A stretch of DNA of 64,000 nucleotides from the NCBI GenBank assembly GCA_041674705.1, contig JBAYVF010000001.1:1238-65237 (forward strand), written 5' to 3'. Of this stretch, positions 63,188-64,000 are shown piece after piece. The first letter of the stretch is position 1; each line of letters begins with the position of its first letter. The position numbers and the translations under genes were made by a program. This DNA is from Candidatus Omnitrophota bacterium. Lineage in GTDB: Bacteria; Omnitrophota; Omnitrophia; Omnitrophales; Aquincolibacteriaceae. The notes under the pieces were generated by a model. That model made no database searches and was not told where the DNA came from. It saw nothing but the letters and a program-made list of their open reading frames with translations.

Positions 63188-63931
63188 ATGAGAAACATCA
63201 AACTCGTCCTCGAATACGACGGCTCCGCGTTCTTCGGGTTTCAAAAACAGCCCGGCAAGCCTTCCGTCCAGGAAGTTCTTGAAAAAGCCCTCTCCGGATT
63301 TTTTGACCGCAAGATGAAGATCGCGGCCGCGAGCGGCCGCACGGACTCCGGCGTCCATGCCGAGGGGCAGGTCGTTAATTTCAAAACTGCAAGCGCTCAC
63401 GAACTCTGGCAGATCCAAAAAGGCCTCAACGCTCTTTTGCCGCAGGCTGTCGTGGTCAAAACCATCGAAGAAGTTCCGCCTGATTTTCACGCCCGTTACA
63501 GTGTTCATTCCAAGGTTTACGAGTACCGGATCTGGAATCATCCTTGCCGCTCTCCGCTTATCGCCGGCCGCGCGTCCCATGTTCCTTACCATTTAAATGT
63601 CGCGAAGATGCGGCAAGCGGCCAAGGCGTTCTTGGGGAAACATGATTTCCGGTCCTTCACTTCCGTATCGGCCCTCAAAAAAGGAACTTCCTGCGTTCGG
63701 ACGATCAAGCGGTTTCAGATCAAGCGACAAGGGCACCTCATTCTTATGTGTGTGGAGGCGGACGGATTCCTTTATCACATGATCCGGAATATGGCCGGTA
63801 CGCTCCTTGAAGTCGGGCGTGGAAAAAGAAAAGCCAGTGATATAACTGCTATTCTCAAGGCTAAAGACCGGCGCCTTGCCGGAATGACCGCTTCATCCGA
63901 AGGCCTTACCCTGATTAGGGTTACGTATTGA
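63188..63931 (+). CDS. truA: tRNA pseudouridine(38-40) synthase TruA
   Basis: YDGSAFFGFQ; catalytic Asp motif GRTDSGVHA; FLYHMIRNM. Confidence 0.92.
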   Translation: MRNIKLVLEYDGSAFFGFQKQPGKPSVQEVLEKALSGFFDRKMKIAAASGRTDSGVHAEGQVVNFKTASAHELWQIQKGLNALLPQAVVVKTIEEVPPDFHARYSVHSKVYEYRIWNHPCRSPLIAGRASHVPYHLNVAKMRQAAKAFLGKHDFRSFTSVSALKKGTSCVRTIKRFQIKRQGHLILMCVEADGFLYHMIRNMAGTLLEVGRGKRKASDITAILKAKDRRLAGMTASSEGLTLIRVTY

Positions 63932-64000
63932 TCCCGGGGGGCATTTTAAAAAGTCCAAGGCCTTGTATAACGCGGATTATGTGTTAGGCTTGGGGCAGAT

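Overview
This is a 64-kb chromosomal window from a moderately GC-rich bacterium. I cannot assign a lineage from the sequence alone. All calls come from reading the ORF translations and the DNA by eye; no searches or computations were run.

Most of the window is housekeeping. It holds groES plus two groEL paralogs, coaX-birA, alr, tsaB, two glgA paralogs, queA-tgt-yajC-secDF-recJ, rpmB, leuB-asd-truA and trmI. It also holds a UvrD/AddA-type helicase-nuclease, one tRNA-Arg(CCG), many sensory genes (PAS/GAF histidine kinases, receiver proteins, a PP2C phosphatase, EAL, PilZ), and an arsenic/redox operon (DUF134 regulator, permease, thioredoxin-like proteins, CcdA-like protein, ACR3).

Two things stand out.

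1. An AT-rich island of about 3.5 kb (roughly 3950-7441) has its own strong promoter and a phased TAGAC repeat array. It carries four genes:
- an HTH-STAS-GHKL kinase-like protein;
- a small STAS-like (DUF4325-type) partner;
- a HEPN-type protein with an RNxxAH motif;
- a zinc-ribbon protein with a nucleoside-deoxyribosyltransferase/TIR-like domain.
The island sits directly downstream of a DUF1016(YhcG)-N::SNase nuclease fusion. I read it as a candidate uncharacterised defence or conflict system.

2. The window is unusually rich in structured repeats. There are long imperfect palindromes whose arms are built from reiterated short words (CCAA/TTGG, TAAGCGG, GTACGG, CCACG, CGAA and others) and a nested-hairpin element. 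Several of these sit in-frame inside otherwise ordinary genes (queA, a GT2 glycosyltransferase, a histidine kinase, the helicase-nuclease). In addition, a GIY-YIG ORF bracketed by a perfect 15-bp inverted repeat sits between the chaperonin loci.
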